Shown here in pieces: positions 1 to 11,930 of a stretch of 64,000 bases of DNA. The DNA comes from Sphaerodactylus townsendi. Taxonomy: Eukaryota. Position numbers and translations under genes: made by a program. The notes below the pieces were generated by a model. It was not told the origin of the DNA and did no database searches. It saw only the letters and a program-made list of their open reading frames with translations. Position 1 is the first letter of the stretch. Every line of letters starts with the position of its first letter. The DNA lies in the NCBI RefSeq assembly GCF_021028975.2, contig NC_059426.1, positions 146,754,001 to 146,818,000 of the forward strand, read 5' to 3'.

Positions 1-1816
1 GACTCAAGAAAACCCACAGACCTCCCAATAATGACATTAGGAACACTAAATCAGTCCAATTATCCTTAAACATAGAGTTGAGAAAGCCCCATTTCAAATC
101 TCACCTCAATTATGGATTCACTAATGATACCAGGTAAGTGTCAACTGTTCACTTGTCTGCTATTTATAGCATAATACAGGCTTTCCTTGCAATGCTGGTT
201 TTAAGTACAACCATCTGTAGCACTGGTTATCTCAGTGGCACAGGAAAGTGTGGTGCTGCAGCAGGTCCCATATCACCAGCATGAACACTCAGAAGTTAGC
301 GTAAGATTATAGAATGGATCATACCAGATTCCCCACCTGACTTTGCAAGATTCCCCTCTCCATGACAGACATCATCCCATGTAAGCTTTGTCCACATGGG
401 TCTCACAGTCCCTGGAACAGCTTTTTCGATGCTCAAAAAAGCACTGATTCAACCCTGTATGCAACCCCATATCCAAACCCATATGCAAAAGTCTTTAAAA
501 CAACAAAAAGCACTGTTTTTATCTTTAGCCTGACTATGAACTCCAGTAAACTCATTTTTTTGAATTGAACTAATGCAGGCAATATGAAAGGCAGATCCAA
601 GTAAGCAAGTATGATCATGAAACATTTGCAGTTAGCTCTGAGTCAACTTAAAAATCACTGACTCTGAGATTTAGTCAATAATAAACTATTAGTCCTTAAA
701 GATGCATGTTCATATGCAGGTCGTACGTAATACCAAAGTGTGCATTAAGTTCTTGAATCCAGCAAACGGAAAACATTCTCACACAATTTCCAACAATTTG
801 AGAATTTAAGTAGATTTTAAATGCACTTGTCTCCTCTAAACTCTGAGTGATTGTATGCTTTTACCACATAAATTCCGCAATAATTTACAGTAGAAGACAA
901 ATTTTTAACCCAATAGTATGTTAATTTAAAGAGCTGAAGACTACTTTCACATATGCTCAAGCGTGTTATCTTCCTTTAAAAAAAACTGACCTCTAAAAGA
1001 GACCCATTCTTTCAAACAGTGTCAATCTAAATTAATCCTTATCAGTTTATGCCACACCATATAATCTGTCTAATCTGTGACTGCTTTTTTTCAATCACAT
1101 GTCTTAAAAGCAACAAAATATGAAATTAAACTTTTCATGTGCTCAGTGAGGGACCACAGTGAAGTCAGAGATGGCAATCCAAATAATAGATCTAGCATTT
1201 AAGTAAAATCTCAAATGACGAGGCAAGTATTTAGTCTCCCTGGTTTCCCAAGTATTAGGGTGGAGCAAATTTGCTGCCTGTCTTTTATGCATTTCATGCA
1301 CTCTTTAAAGAAAGGGTGAAAAGGGCCTTAATTTTCTTTTCTAAAGTGAACAATAGCACAGTTTGCCTCTGCAGCATAACTCTTGTACACTGCCAGATGC
1401 CTTTGGCTTCAAGCACAGTTGATTATGCAGCAGTAAGAAACTGGCTACTCATTTCATCATATTTAGGCTTTCAGACACCAGTATTCACAAAGTGGTAGTT
1501 AACTCCTCCTTTAATAGTTTAAGGCTTTCATGTAACAGAAATGGTTTTAAAAGGCAGCTGTCTTCCAAAAAAGCAAAAACATTATTTTTTTTAAAAAAAA
1601 GATATTTCAAGATGCCCCTTAAAATTTCCCACCTCAGGGATGAGATCCTCTTTTACGTATAACTGGCTGACACTTTACTTGATAGCCTGAGAAAATTGCA
1701 TTTGCAAGAAAGGCAGTCCCTGACCATAAGCTCATGTAGGACAGCTAAAGAGGGCCTGGCCTTCAGTTCCAGTCTTCACTTTCAGGAGCATAAGAAAGGC
1801 TCTTTTTTTGCCATAC

Positions 1817-1933
1817 CTCCTGCAGATGCACCGACATGTGTCCCAGCTGATCCTGGCGTCTTTCTACCATCTGCCTTTCTGCATGGATTTCTCGTTCCAT
1901 TGCCTGGAGCCTCCTCTCTACGCGGTCAGACAC
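1817..1933 (-). CDS. CEP128: CEP128 coding exon 7 (117 nt, VSDRVERRLQAMEREIHAERQMVERRQDQLGHMSVHLQE)
   Basis: Matches human VSDRVERRLQELEREMRTERELVERRQDQLGLMSLQLQE. Polypyrimidine tract plus ggaAG acceptor, donor GAG|GTATGG. The gene continues beyond position 1. Confidence 0.95.
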
Positions 1934-3669
1934 CTTCCAAAACAAGAAGAAAAAGGAAACTCCAGAGAACTGAAATTTGATTAAATGTCATGAAAGGATC
2001 AGAGTTGATGGGTGGGGGAGATCAGTTTCTTACAAAAAAAAGATATATTACGTAAAAATAAAATCTGGCACAGAATTTTCTGTTTGCAAAGATTCCAACA
2101 GAAGTCTCACAAAATGGGACAGATAGTTGTGAGGTTGGTGGGGCTGAGAGAGTTCTGAGAGAATTGTGACAGGCCCAAGGTGACTCAGCAGGCTTTAAGT
2201 GTAGGAGCGGGGAAACAAATCCAGTTCACCAGATTGGAGTCCTCTGTTCATTTGGAGGAGTGGGGAATCAAACCCAGTTCTCCAGTTTAGAGTCCACCTC
2301 TCTGACCACTGGGTCTCAAGTTATTACACTGTCAAGTATTTATGCCTATTCAGTGACAGAATGGATTTCACTTGAGGAAATGAAAGCTAAAAACAGATAC
2401 TTGTGCTCTGACGACATTTGAACTGTACACCATGCTTGGCAGGTCTGTTTTTGAAGACTGTTGAGAAGATTCTGTTGGTTCGAAATCCAGCAGCAAAACT
2501 GCCAGCAAGTAAAAGTTACAAGAATCATGTATCGTTTAAAAATCTGCAATGATTTCTAAGGCTAATTGAAAGCACTGGCAATTCCCTGAAATTTCATGGA
2601 CAGGGACCGGGATATTTGACAGGATTATGCCCTCACACTTACCAACCTTCCCCTAATTTTTAGAGGCCCTGCTCTATAAGGAAGCTTTAGGGACAAGGCC
2701 CTTTCTATCGTATCTAAAACTCTTTCGGTACATTTGGTGTACTGAGAGAAGATTTGTTTTTGTTATTTTCCTAGGCTTTCTAGAAGAAGAGCTTCCCTTT
2801 TTGTTGTTTTATTTCCTATGGCAGAATTAGTTCTGGGCACAAAATATTTTATATCGATAATTAAATGCCACATTTGAAGGTTTCACCTTTTCAAGTTTTA
2901 CCTGCTAAGGAACTTCACTGTATGCCTTTTAATTAAAAAAAAACTGATAATTTTTATCTGGGGACATTTTATTGCCTCATGGTTTTATAGAAAATTTGCA
3001 AGCCACTTCAAGAGTATTTCCTGGAGAGACAGAGTATAACCGTTTAAAACAAATAAGGTTCTAGAAAGAATGAACAGCCGCTAGTGAAGTCAGCCACTAG
3101 CAAGACAGTGTGCGATGATATGATTTTGTTGCTGCACCATCCAAATGCACAAACTGGTAACTGACACAAAAATCTCAACTTTCTTTTTAAGAAAGAGGTT
3201 AACTTCCTAACAATAAGTAGACTTGAACATATGTAGGCTAAAGTGAAGCATGCATTCTAGCATGAAATGGAGCTTCCTACCTTTTCAGCACACACACATG
3301 CCTTCGCTATTCAGCAGAAGAAACAGAAGCTAGGCAGATACAGACAGCTTAAACTCAGAGTGTCACAAACACACCTTTTCACAAAACAGATCTTACCACT
3401 ACTACTTCTTCCTGAAGCCCCAGTTTGTACAAGCACATGCTAGCACATGCAGGCAAATCTGTTCCTAGAGTCAGAAAGTACCCATTAGGTCAGTGTGGGA
3501 TGCAGGGCAAGAGATTTAGTGAGAAGAGGGAACTGGCAAGAGTCATCTCGTGTGAATGGAAGTACCCTTCTGCTGGTGCTAATGGAGTGGTAGATCCCTC
3601 TTCTACCTTCTTCAGAAGAACAAGGAGGCCATGTTTAAGCCCAAATGCTCCACCCAACATTTAAGCTCT

Positions 3670-3900
3670 ACTGGGGTGCTGTGTGGTTTCCGGGCTGTAT
3701 GGCTGTGTTCTAGCAGCATTCTCTCCTGACGTTTCGCCTGCATCTGTGGCTGGCATCTTCAGAGGAATTCAGATCCTCTGAAGATGCCAGCCACAGATGC
3801 AGGCGAAACGTCAGGAGAGAATGCTGCTAGAACACAGCCATACAGCCCGGAAACCACACAGCACCCCAGTGATTCCGGCCGTGAAAGCCTTCTACAATAC
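3670..3900. mobile_element. Penelope-like element terminal fragment in inverted arrangement, with hammerhead ribozyme cores
   Basis: Arms 3670-3766 and 3774-3870 are exact reverse complements. Core CTGAAGA...GAAAC-GTC at 3778-3812. Flanking duplication CATTTAAGCTCTACTG. Confidence 0.8.
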
Positions 3901-5862
3901 ATTTAAGCTCTACTGTTTAAGACCAAATGCTCCACCCAAAATTGTTCAAGACCTTTAAGTATTAGCTTATGTGAATATGGTCTTTCTTCCTTTTGGTAAA
4001 TTGATTTGAGGGTCTTTTTAACTGAAAAGAAACTAACAGATGGATAAAATAAACCCATTCTCAATATTCGGTGACACAGAAACCAGGTTTCTTTTGGCAC
4101 AGAATATCAAAAGCTCTGGTCATCACACTATTGGCCGAAGTCATCTAAGGAGATCTACACGTAGAAATTTTTGCACATACAGTTGTTGGCAGGTTCACCT
4201 GGGCATCTCCCTCCACCTTGCAAAAGTTCATCAAAACTTCACCAGAATGATGCAATGCCTCTTTTTTATAAGAATACGACAGGCCACCAGCCACCCACAA
4301 GTCTGACTGAACTGGGGCCATATAATTGTAAAAAAAAATCATTTTTTGTGAAACTACTTATATTCTCACACACAATTGCCAGGACTCTTTACCATCATTC
4401 ACACTTACACAAGAGATTCGGGTTGTTATAGTTTCTTGTTTCAAACAGCAAAATTAGAATTAATCAGGGAATGCTCTAATATGATCAGAAGAATTATTTG
4501 CTGTATTTTTCCTTTGCTTTATAAAGGCAAAAAATGCCTCACTCTCACTTTAAGAACTTGCAGACACTACCCTCTAGTGGTCAGCATAATTTAAACATGT
4601 TATGCAAATATTCTAAAAAGTATTTTTTTAATTGTGCATGTAAGGGTATACTCACACAAACACACACATATATATGCAGCTATTTTTTCTTTCTCTTTAC
4701 AATAGTACATTTTTGACAAGGCAATACTAATCACAGAATGCTAAAATTGGATCCAGAATATGTTCACACACTGTGTTCTACGATTTTATCACCTTCATCT
4801 AAGGTCTGGTAAAAAAATGATAAGTTGTTCCCATTTTGGTTAATAGCAGGACACCAGATAAATGCCATCTTCTAATCTGGAGAACCAGGTTTGATTCCCC
4901 ACTCCTCCACATGAGTGGTAGAGCTTTATCTGGTGAACCCGATTTGTTCCCGCACCCCTACATTCCCGCTGGGTGACCTTGGGCAAGTCACAGTTCTTCA
5001 GAAATCTCATAACCCCTCCTACCTCACCAGGTGTCTGTTGTGGGGAGAAGAAGGGAAAGGAGTTTGTAAGCCCCTTTGAGTCTCCTTACAGGAGAGGGGG
5101 GGGGGGGTTATAAATGTCAACTCTTCATTTTCTTCTACATTTCAGACATAAATACTTTGTAATAAATATATTCTGTCTAAAAATTCATTCAGTCTTGGAT
5201 ATAAAATGCACACAATTACTCAAAAGTTCACAGCACAGCGACATATCTTTTGCCTTTGGTCCAAGTAATGAACCCAACAAAATAGATTTCAGATTTTTCC
5301 AAGTCCCAAATGCAACAACTTCACAAATATACTCAATAACCGTATTCCCCAAAGTTATCATTGTGGGCATCCCAACTGCATGTGCTCATAATCTGCACCT
5401 ATATTTTCTGCAACTATCAGTACAATCCTAGGCAGAGTTACAAACTTTGAAATCACTGACTTCAGTGGATGTAGAAGGGTGCAATTATGCTTACAATTGC
5501 ACTAATTTATCTGTTCTAGTCAACCACTGAAGAGCAAGTTATCATTATCTAAGTAGCTGGAGCAAGCACAAAGCATCCATGGGAAATACACTATTATCTA
5601 TAGTTTTATCTATTCTATTCAGCCTTGGAAATGTAAGATACCATTAACAAATCATTCTTCCATTGAACCTCCTTCCACACAAAGAAAATTAATCCAGTGT
5701 CTGGAAAGCCAACTTCCATTCCTCTGGTTTTAATTCCAGAGTAAAAGTTCTTCACAATCATTATTTGATTGGACTATCAGACAATGTGTAAAGTAATAGG
5801 CCTTCCTAAGCATGATACACCCTGAAATCCTCCTTTAGAGGAAGCAGAAGAAAGATCAAGAG

Positions 5863-6645
5863 CAGGTGTATCAAACATGCAGCCCGGAAGCCAGATCTGG
5901 CCCCATGAGGGGGTTATCGGGCCCACAAGCCAGCTGAGGCGAACCCACTCTTTGATCCTGATCTGCCCTGGCGAGCCCAGTCCAGGCAGCCACCCCAACC
6001 CACCATGGGCTCGCAACTCCAGGCAGCTACCCCAACCTGCTGCAGGCTCACCAGTCCAGGCAGCCACCCCGCCCTGTTGCCAATCTGGCCTGATGAGCTT
6101 GCTGTGGGCTGACCAGTCCAAGCACCCACCCCTCTCTACTCGCAATCTGTCCTAGTGACCCACCACCCAGGGTCGGAGCGAGGGGGAACTACACCCTACG
6201 CCCCTGCCACGCCCCCCACCCCAGAATGCCACACCATGCCCTTGTCATGCCCCAGAACGCCCCCGCTCCTGCGCACGCCTGGTGCATTGCGCACCCCCCC
6301 TTTCCCCTTGACACTACACCACTGCCACCACCCCCATGCCAATCTAGGCTGGCAGTCCTGCTGCAGGCTCACCAGTTGAGGCAGCCACACACCTAGTGGT
6401 GATCTGGGATAGCAAGCCTGTGGTGGGCTCACCAGTCCAGGTAGCTACCAGCTCCCTACCAGTGCCAACTACTTCCTCCACAGCCAATTTGGGCTGGCAA
6501 GTCTGCTGCAGGTTTGCCAGCTAAGGCAGTCATCCCCTCCAACCCTGGTATGGGCTTGACAGCCAAGGCAGCCACCGGGCCCAGCCCGACCAAGTTACTT
6601 TTATGTCACATCTGGCCCTCGTAACAAATGTGCTTGACACCCCTG
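5863..6645. mobile_element. Non-autonomous hAT DNA transposon
   Basis: Terminal inverted repeats CAGGTGTATCAA / TTGACACCCCTG; 8-bp target duplication ATCAAGAG / ATCTAGAG; GC-rich internal degenerate repeats. Confidence 0.8.
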
Positions 6646-8545
6646 ATCTAGAGGAAACCACGGTTTTGAAATAGAAGCACAGGAGAAGAATATGGCCAAC
6701 ACAAATATTGGAAAAAGCCCACACAGTGTGCAGGGACAGAGCCCCTATAAAACAATAGTGTTAGTTCAGCATGCTATTCAGTTGGTGGTAGGAGCAATCT
6801 AAAGGGGGACTTCATCTCCCATGTGATTAAGAATTCTGATTAAAATTTCTTATTTTGTTTTAGAAGTTGAATTCACATTATTCAGGGACAAAGATGCATA
6901 TTTCAGTTATATACCTGCCCTTGACTTTTGCAGGCTGCTTCTTGCCACCCTCAGGTCCAAATCTACCTTGCAACAGATTCATCTTTCTAACCCACTTTCC
7001 ATCCCATTCATGATCTTTCCAAGTTTAACCGGGGGTAGGGGGAAGCAACACCAGTGGAACCTGGGCTTTCTTAGTAGCCTGCATGACAGCAAATAAATGG
7101 CTTATACAAGCATCCTATTAACATCCTATTCCATGGAGAAGACAAACTTAGGGTGATGGGGGAATAGGAGGGATGGAATCTGAGCTGGTGAGGCAGGATG
7201 GAGAGAGAGCGAGAGCAAACTGCAAGGTGGGAGAAACAGAAAATGCACTAGAACTGGCAAATGCCTAAGCAAACCATGATTCAATGACTGCCTGCAAACT
7301 GAATTCTGATTTCACAAACAAACTGCAGGAATGGCTTTATGCTACAACTGAACCAACCCACTAATTCAAAACTATAATGCTACCGCCCAAAAACTTTCTC
7401 CTTACCAAGATGCTTAGTGGTGATTTTTTTTAAAAAAAATCAGAACCAAATAAAACACTCAATAAAAGAGGTGTATGTGATAATATAAACCTTGAAACAA
7501 CTGGTGTTACTCTGTAAGTACCACTTATTTACTTCAAGTGGAATGTTCTCTGCAAGAATGACGCAAATTGTATTGTTGAGGAAGTCCCTACTTTTTCTTT
7601 TTTGGAAAAGAGAGTTAAAGGTCAGGGAACAGATGATTAATTTATGATTGGTTGTTGTGGGGTTTCCAGGCTGTGTGGTCGTGGTCTGGTGGTTTTTCGC
7701 TCCTAATGTTTCGCCCACATCTATGGCTGGCATCTTTAGAGGTATGTCATGGCGAGATGTGTTTCTCTCTGTAATCTATGATTACTGAAGGTTAATTTCC
7801 GATTTATGGGAATCAAATTACTTCTCAAATAACATTAGATGAAAGGCTTGCAAGCAATATTCTCGCAAAAAACAAATTATTACAAGTACTTAAAGGCCTG
7901 TATGCTAGAGTCAAGGGCAGTTAAAAGCCTAAGCAGCTGTAACAAAGCAACAGTGCTTGTGTAAACTGAAAACACGATCCATAGTGTGCAATCAATGGGG
8001 ATTTCATTCAGAGAATTAAAAACAGGAAAATCCCCAAATGCCCCCAAATGCGAACATAAGAATTGGGAGGAAAGATTATATTTTAAACACATTTACATAT
8101 AGCCATGGTCTATACATAAGAACAATGTTGTACTTCTCACATGTGCATGTGCTCAACTCTTGGATACAGATTTCTGGGTTATTCTGCTTGGACAAAGCAA
8201 TGTGGCAAAAGCTGTACTTTTTAATGATATTTGCCACCACACACGGAGAGGATTCTGAAAACTTCTTAAGGAATATACAAATGTTTTTAAGATCACCAGA
8301 AATTTTTTATTTCATTCAAATCATAGCTCCCAACAAGACAGTTTCAGAGGGTAGCAGCGTTGGTCTGGAGAATGTTAGATTTGAGCCAAATAGCACTTTA
8401 GAGACTGTACTGGACCACCCACGCCTCCTATATTTCTTCAGGCAGGAAAACCACTTAATCAGTTTTTTCCCGCATTTTTCCCTTCAGGGACTGAGGAGCT
8501 TCAGAATGATGGTAGCATAAGGTAGAAAGCACTTTCCCTCAGCCC

Positions 8546-10139
8546 TGTAGGCAAAGAATACCCATTGACCTTTATTTTCATTTCCAGGCACTCCCTTCAC
8601 TAAGGCACACTAAAATAAGTATACTGATGCAGAAGTAAACTTAAACAAGAACACAGATTTATTTAACAAAGAAGATGGAAAAGAGAAAAATAATAACTTG
8701 GAGATGGATGGATGAGGCAAATAAGGCAGGAGGAAAGAGAAATATATACATTAATTACACAAGAGCTTGGCACAGAGGTTTAGCGTTTTTGATTTCTTCA
8801 GCACAGTTTTAAAATTATTCGGGCCGTATCTGCAACGTGGCCGCTTACTTCACTGACGGACCTAGAGCGCCAAAAAAGGTGCCCCCAGGCCGCTACCGTT
8901 AGCTGACGAAGCGCCGCTAAGCTGCAACGCGCAGCAAGCTGGGCGACCTTGAGGCTCCTTCCCTCCCAGGGCGGCGTCAAGCCGCCTAAACAACAACCCT
9001 TTAAAGCGGTTGTTGTTGGGGAGGATTAATCTTCCCCTTGGGCGGGCTGATGCGAACTTCAGCGCCGCGGGGCGCTTCCTGCCCCATGCTTTACTGTGTC
9101 TCCCTAAATTAAGCCTGTAGAGGCGTCGCCAGCCCGCCCACACTGTCCTCCGACCTCCAGGGGGTGGAGGCGAAGCGTGGGCCTGCGACGCCCCGAACTC
9201 TTCGGCACTCCTGGCGGCTGCAACCTGAAAATGAAGTGAAAGCGGCTCCCGATGCAGAGCCGCCCTGCCTTCTGCCGGCCTCCCTGTTGCCTGCTCGCAC
9301 GCTTCCGTGCCGAGCGCGTTCCCGAATCCACGCCGGCCAGAAACTCTACGCCCGGCGATTGAGGCGCGAGGTGGCCCGTGGCAAGAAAAGCGAAGCCTCA
9401 GATCTATAGTTCAGCTTAGATGTTGGTTTCATAGTTGTTATGAAATTTGTACAGTTCCTTTCTCTTAGATGGTACTGGCTTATGGTTTCTACACACAGGG
9501 TCCTAATGTAGGCTCAGTACTTATACACAGTACTCTCACTCAGTCCTCCCATTAGAAAAACCCTCAAAATTAAAACAAACTCTCCACTGAGGTAAACTTA
9601 AAGTAAATCCCTATATCCCTGACCCACTGGTACACTGGAATTCTTTTCTATCTGGAAGATATTCCTGTCCTGGTTTATATGACCATTCCACTTGACCCTC
9701 CAGTAAACTTTTCCCCCAGTATACTTGGGCTGTGTATAATTGCTGTCTACCAACACTCAGGCTGATAACTCTTAGCTGCTCTGAGCCCTTCGGGGATAGG
9801 GCGGGGTATAAATACAACTGAAATTAAAAAAAAGAAAAAATAACAGTTCCTGTGACACAATTTGACAAAACTATTCCCTCAGAGATGTTTAGTTTCTACT
9901 CAGTCAAGACAGACAGTTCTTAACAGCAGGAACGTTAAAAACCCAAGGCCTCTCAGATTGTACTGAGAGAGAGTTAACATCCCCCCCCCGCCCGCATCAT
10001 TCAGTTACTTGACCAATCAGAATGCAGAAGGCCACAGCCAATCAGGTGGCTCCCCTGATCCTAGGCTTTCCATGCCACACTCAAAAGGCAAACAAAACCT
10101 TTGCTTAGAACTGTACTTTAAATTACATTTTTTCTTGCA
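8546..10139 (-). mobile_element. Solo LTR carrying an internal GC-rich cassette and a short L2-type 3' tail
   Basis: TG...CA termini with a 4-bp target duplication GCCC (8542-8545 and 10140-10143). Minus-strand AATAAA near 8571 and 8658; CCAAT boxes near 10013-10043. L2-like tail GAGCCCTTCGGGGATAGGGCGGGGTATAAAT plus A-rich run at about 9773-9843. Confidence 0.65.
8820..9400. other. CpG-undepleted, hairpin-dense cassette of unknown class (structured RNA or retroelement 5' region)
   Basis: Abrupt high-GC block within AT-rich DNA with at least 12 adjacent inverted repeats (listed in findings). Confidence 0.6.
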
Positions 10140-11841
10140 GCCCATCATAGAGACCAACAAGATTTTTGAGGTATAAGAGCTTCAGCAATTTGAAGTTCTT
10201 GGTATCCAGCAAAGGGAGCTTTGACTCCCAAAAGCTCATACTCCAAAAACCTTGTTGGTCTCTAAGGTGCAACTGGACTCAAATATAATAGCTCCCTGAA
10301 AGGTGTGCAAATTGGTTCCCAAACTTCTGAGTGCCATGACAGAAAGCTTAATGGATGCTGGGGGGAAAGGAAAAACATTAGAACAAGGTACCAAATGGCA
10401 ACATAACAGCCAGACCTCCACAATACTTCAACAAACTAATCAAACTGTTCCACAGATATGTGGAACTCGCATGCACCACATTTCAAAAAGGAGCAACATG
10501 CATGCATTTCATCACATAGTATATCAGGGTAAGCAGACACGTTGGTTGTACTCTTGTTGCAGAAGTTGTAATTAATTAAACTGATTGAAGACATGAATAT
10601 GCTCATATGGGAAGAGTCACTTCACAGAACACTAAGAAAATGAAAGAAAAAAGTTCCCTGGACACGGGAAAAGTCTAGTCTCTCACACAGAACAACCAAT
10701 GAGTATGTGACAAAATTGGATTGCCCTAAGTACATAAGAAGAGTCTGCTAAATTGGACCAGCATTCCATTTAGTCTAGCACACTGTTTCACACAGTAGCC
10801 AACCAAGGCCAAGGGCCCTGTTGTTACCTCCCAGCACTGGTATTCAGAGGTTTACTCCCACTATATATGGAGGAATCCTCAGTCACTATCTATAGCTAGT
10901 AGCGATTGATGAAACTCTCCTCCATTAATCTGTGCCTAACCCTTTTTTAAAGTCATCAATATTTGCAGCCAATCTCTGCTTTGACAGAAGCAATCATGAA
11001 AGGCCTATGTTGTTTACTTAGAGACAGCACTCCCATGTGTAGACTATATTAGCCCTTTCCTGACACGTACTAGTACATACTACCCTGATCTTTCATCTCT
11101 GTGGCTACCATGCTGCCTGAAAGTAGCTATACAGAGATTTGGCATTCACACACATGCATCTGTAAATACTATACAAAACATTGATTTTCAGCACTTGTTG
11201 GTCTGTGTACTGAAGATGAAAAGTCATAAGTTGCCCCTTTCAGACAACACGATCACCCTGTGGACTGGAAGTTGCTGGCCTCCTGGTACACATGAACTGC
11301 AAAGTCCGAAAATGGCAAATGTGGGAGCTATTCATTGCAGCCTCATCAGGATCACAAGCAATTATTGGTTGCCTCTTAGCTTGAAGAATTAATATTTGAA
11401 ATCACCTCAGTCAGGAGAACTAAAAGGTTAATTAAAGAACTAAGATTTCAAATATACTTAGTAAACTATGTTCTCTGTATGCTGTGTAGCTGTGCAGACA
11501 CGTTATTGGTGCCATACAGATTATGGCGGCAGCAGGCAGGGGAGCTCTGGCAGAGCTCTCTCAGGTGGCCCTGTGCTGCTCAGTGGTAGGGAACTTCTGC
11601 ACAGTTCCCTACCTCAGTTAGAGGGACTATTGTTGGTAAAGATTCATTCCAACACGGGTTTATCATTACACTTATGCAGTATGAAAGTTCTAGTATAGCT
11701 TACAAATATTAAAAGTCAAGAATCCACTGAAATTAATACTGAAACACAGTTGCTACTTTTTAAAAACAAAATTGGTATAAATCTACATTTTACATACACA
11801 AAAAAGACAAATAGGTGTCCATATAGAAAAGTAGAAGAAAA

Positions 11842-11930
11842 GAGCAAGATTCCAGTGGCACCTTAAAGACTAACAAAATTTCTGTCAAGATATGAGCTTT
11901 CGTGAGTCATAGCTCATTTCTTCAGATATA
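11842..11930 (-). mobile_element. Fragment of a second Penelope-like family with a minimal hammerhead motif
   Basis: Minus strand reads ATAT-CTGAAGA-A-ATGAG-CTATGA-CTCAC-GAAA-GC-TC-ATAT. Related degenerate copies near 10147-10285, 35370-35430 and 35965-36075. Confidence 0.6.

Noticed and set aside
8820-9400. Telomerase RNA, hammerhead or HDV ribozyme identity for the hairpin cassette
   Set aside because: No CTAACCCT template on either strand, and the GAAGAGTT resemblance lacks the P6.1 pairing. CTGACGA at 8903 has no following GAAA core, and I could not build an HDV double pseudoknot.
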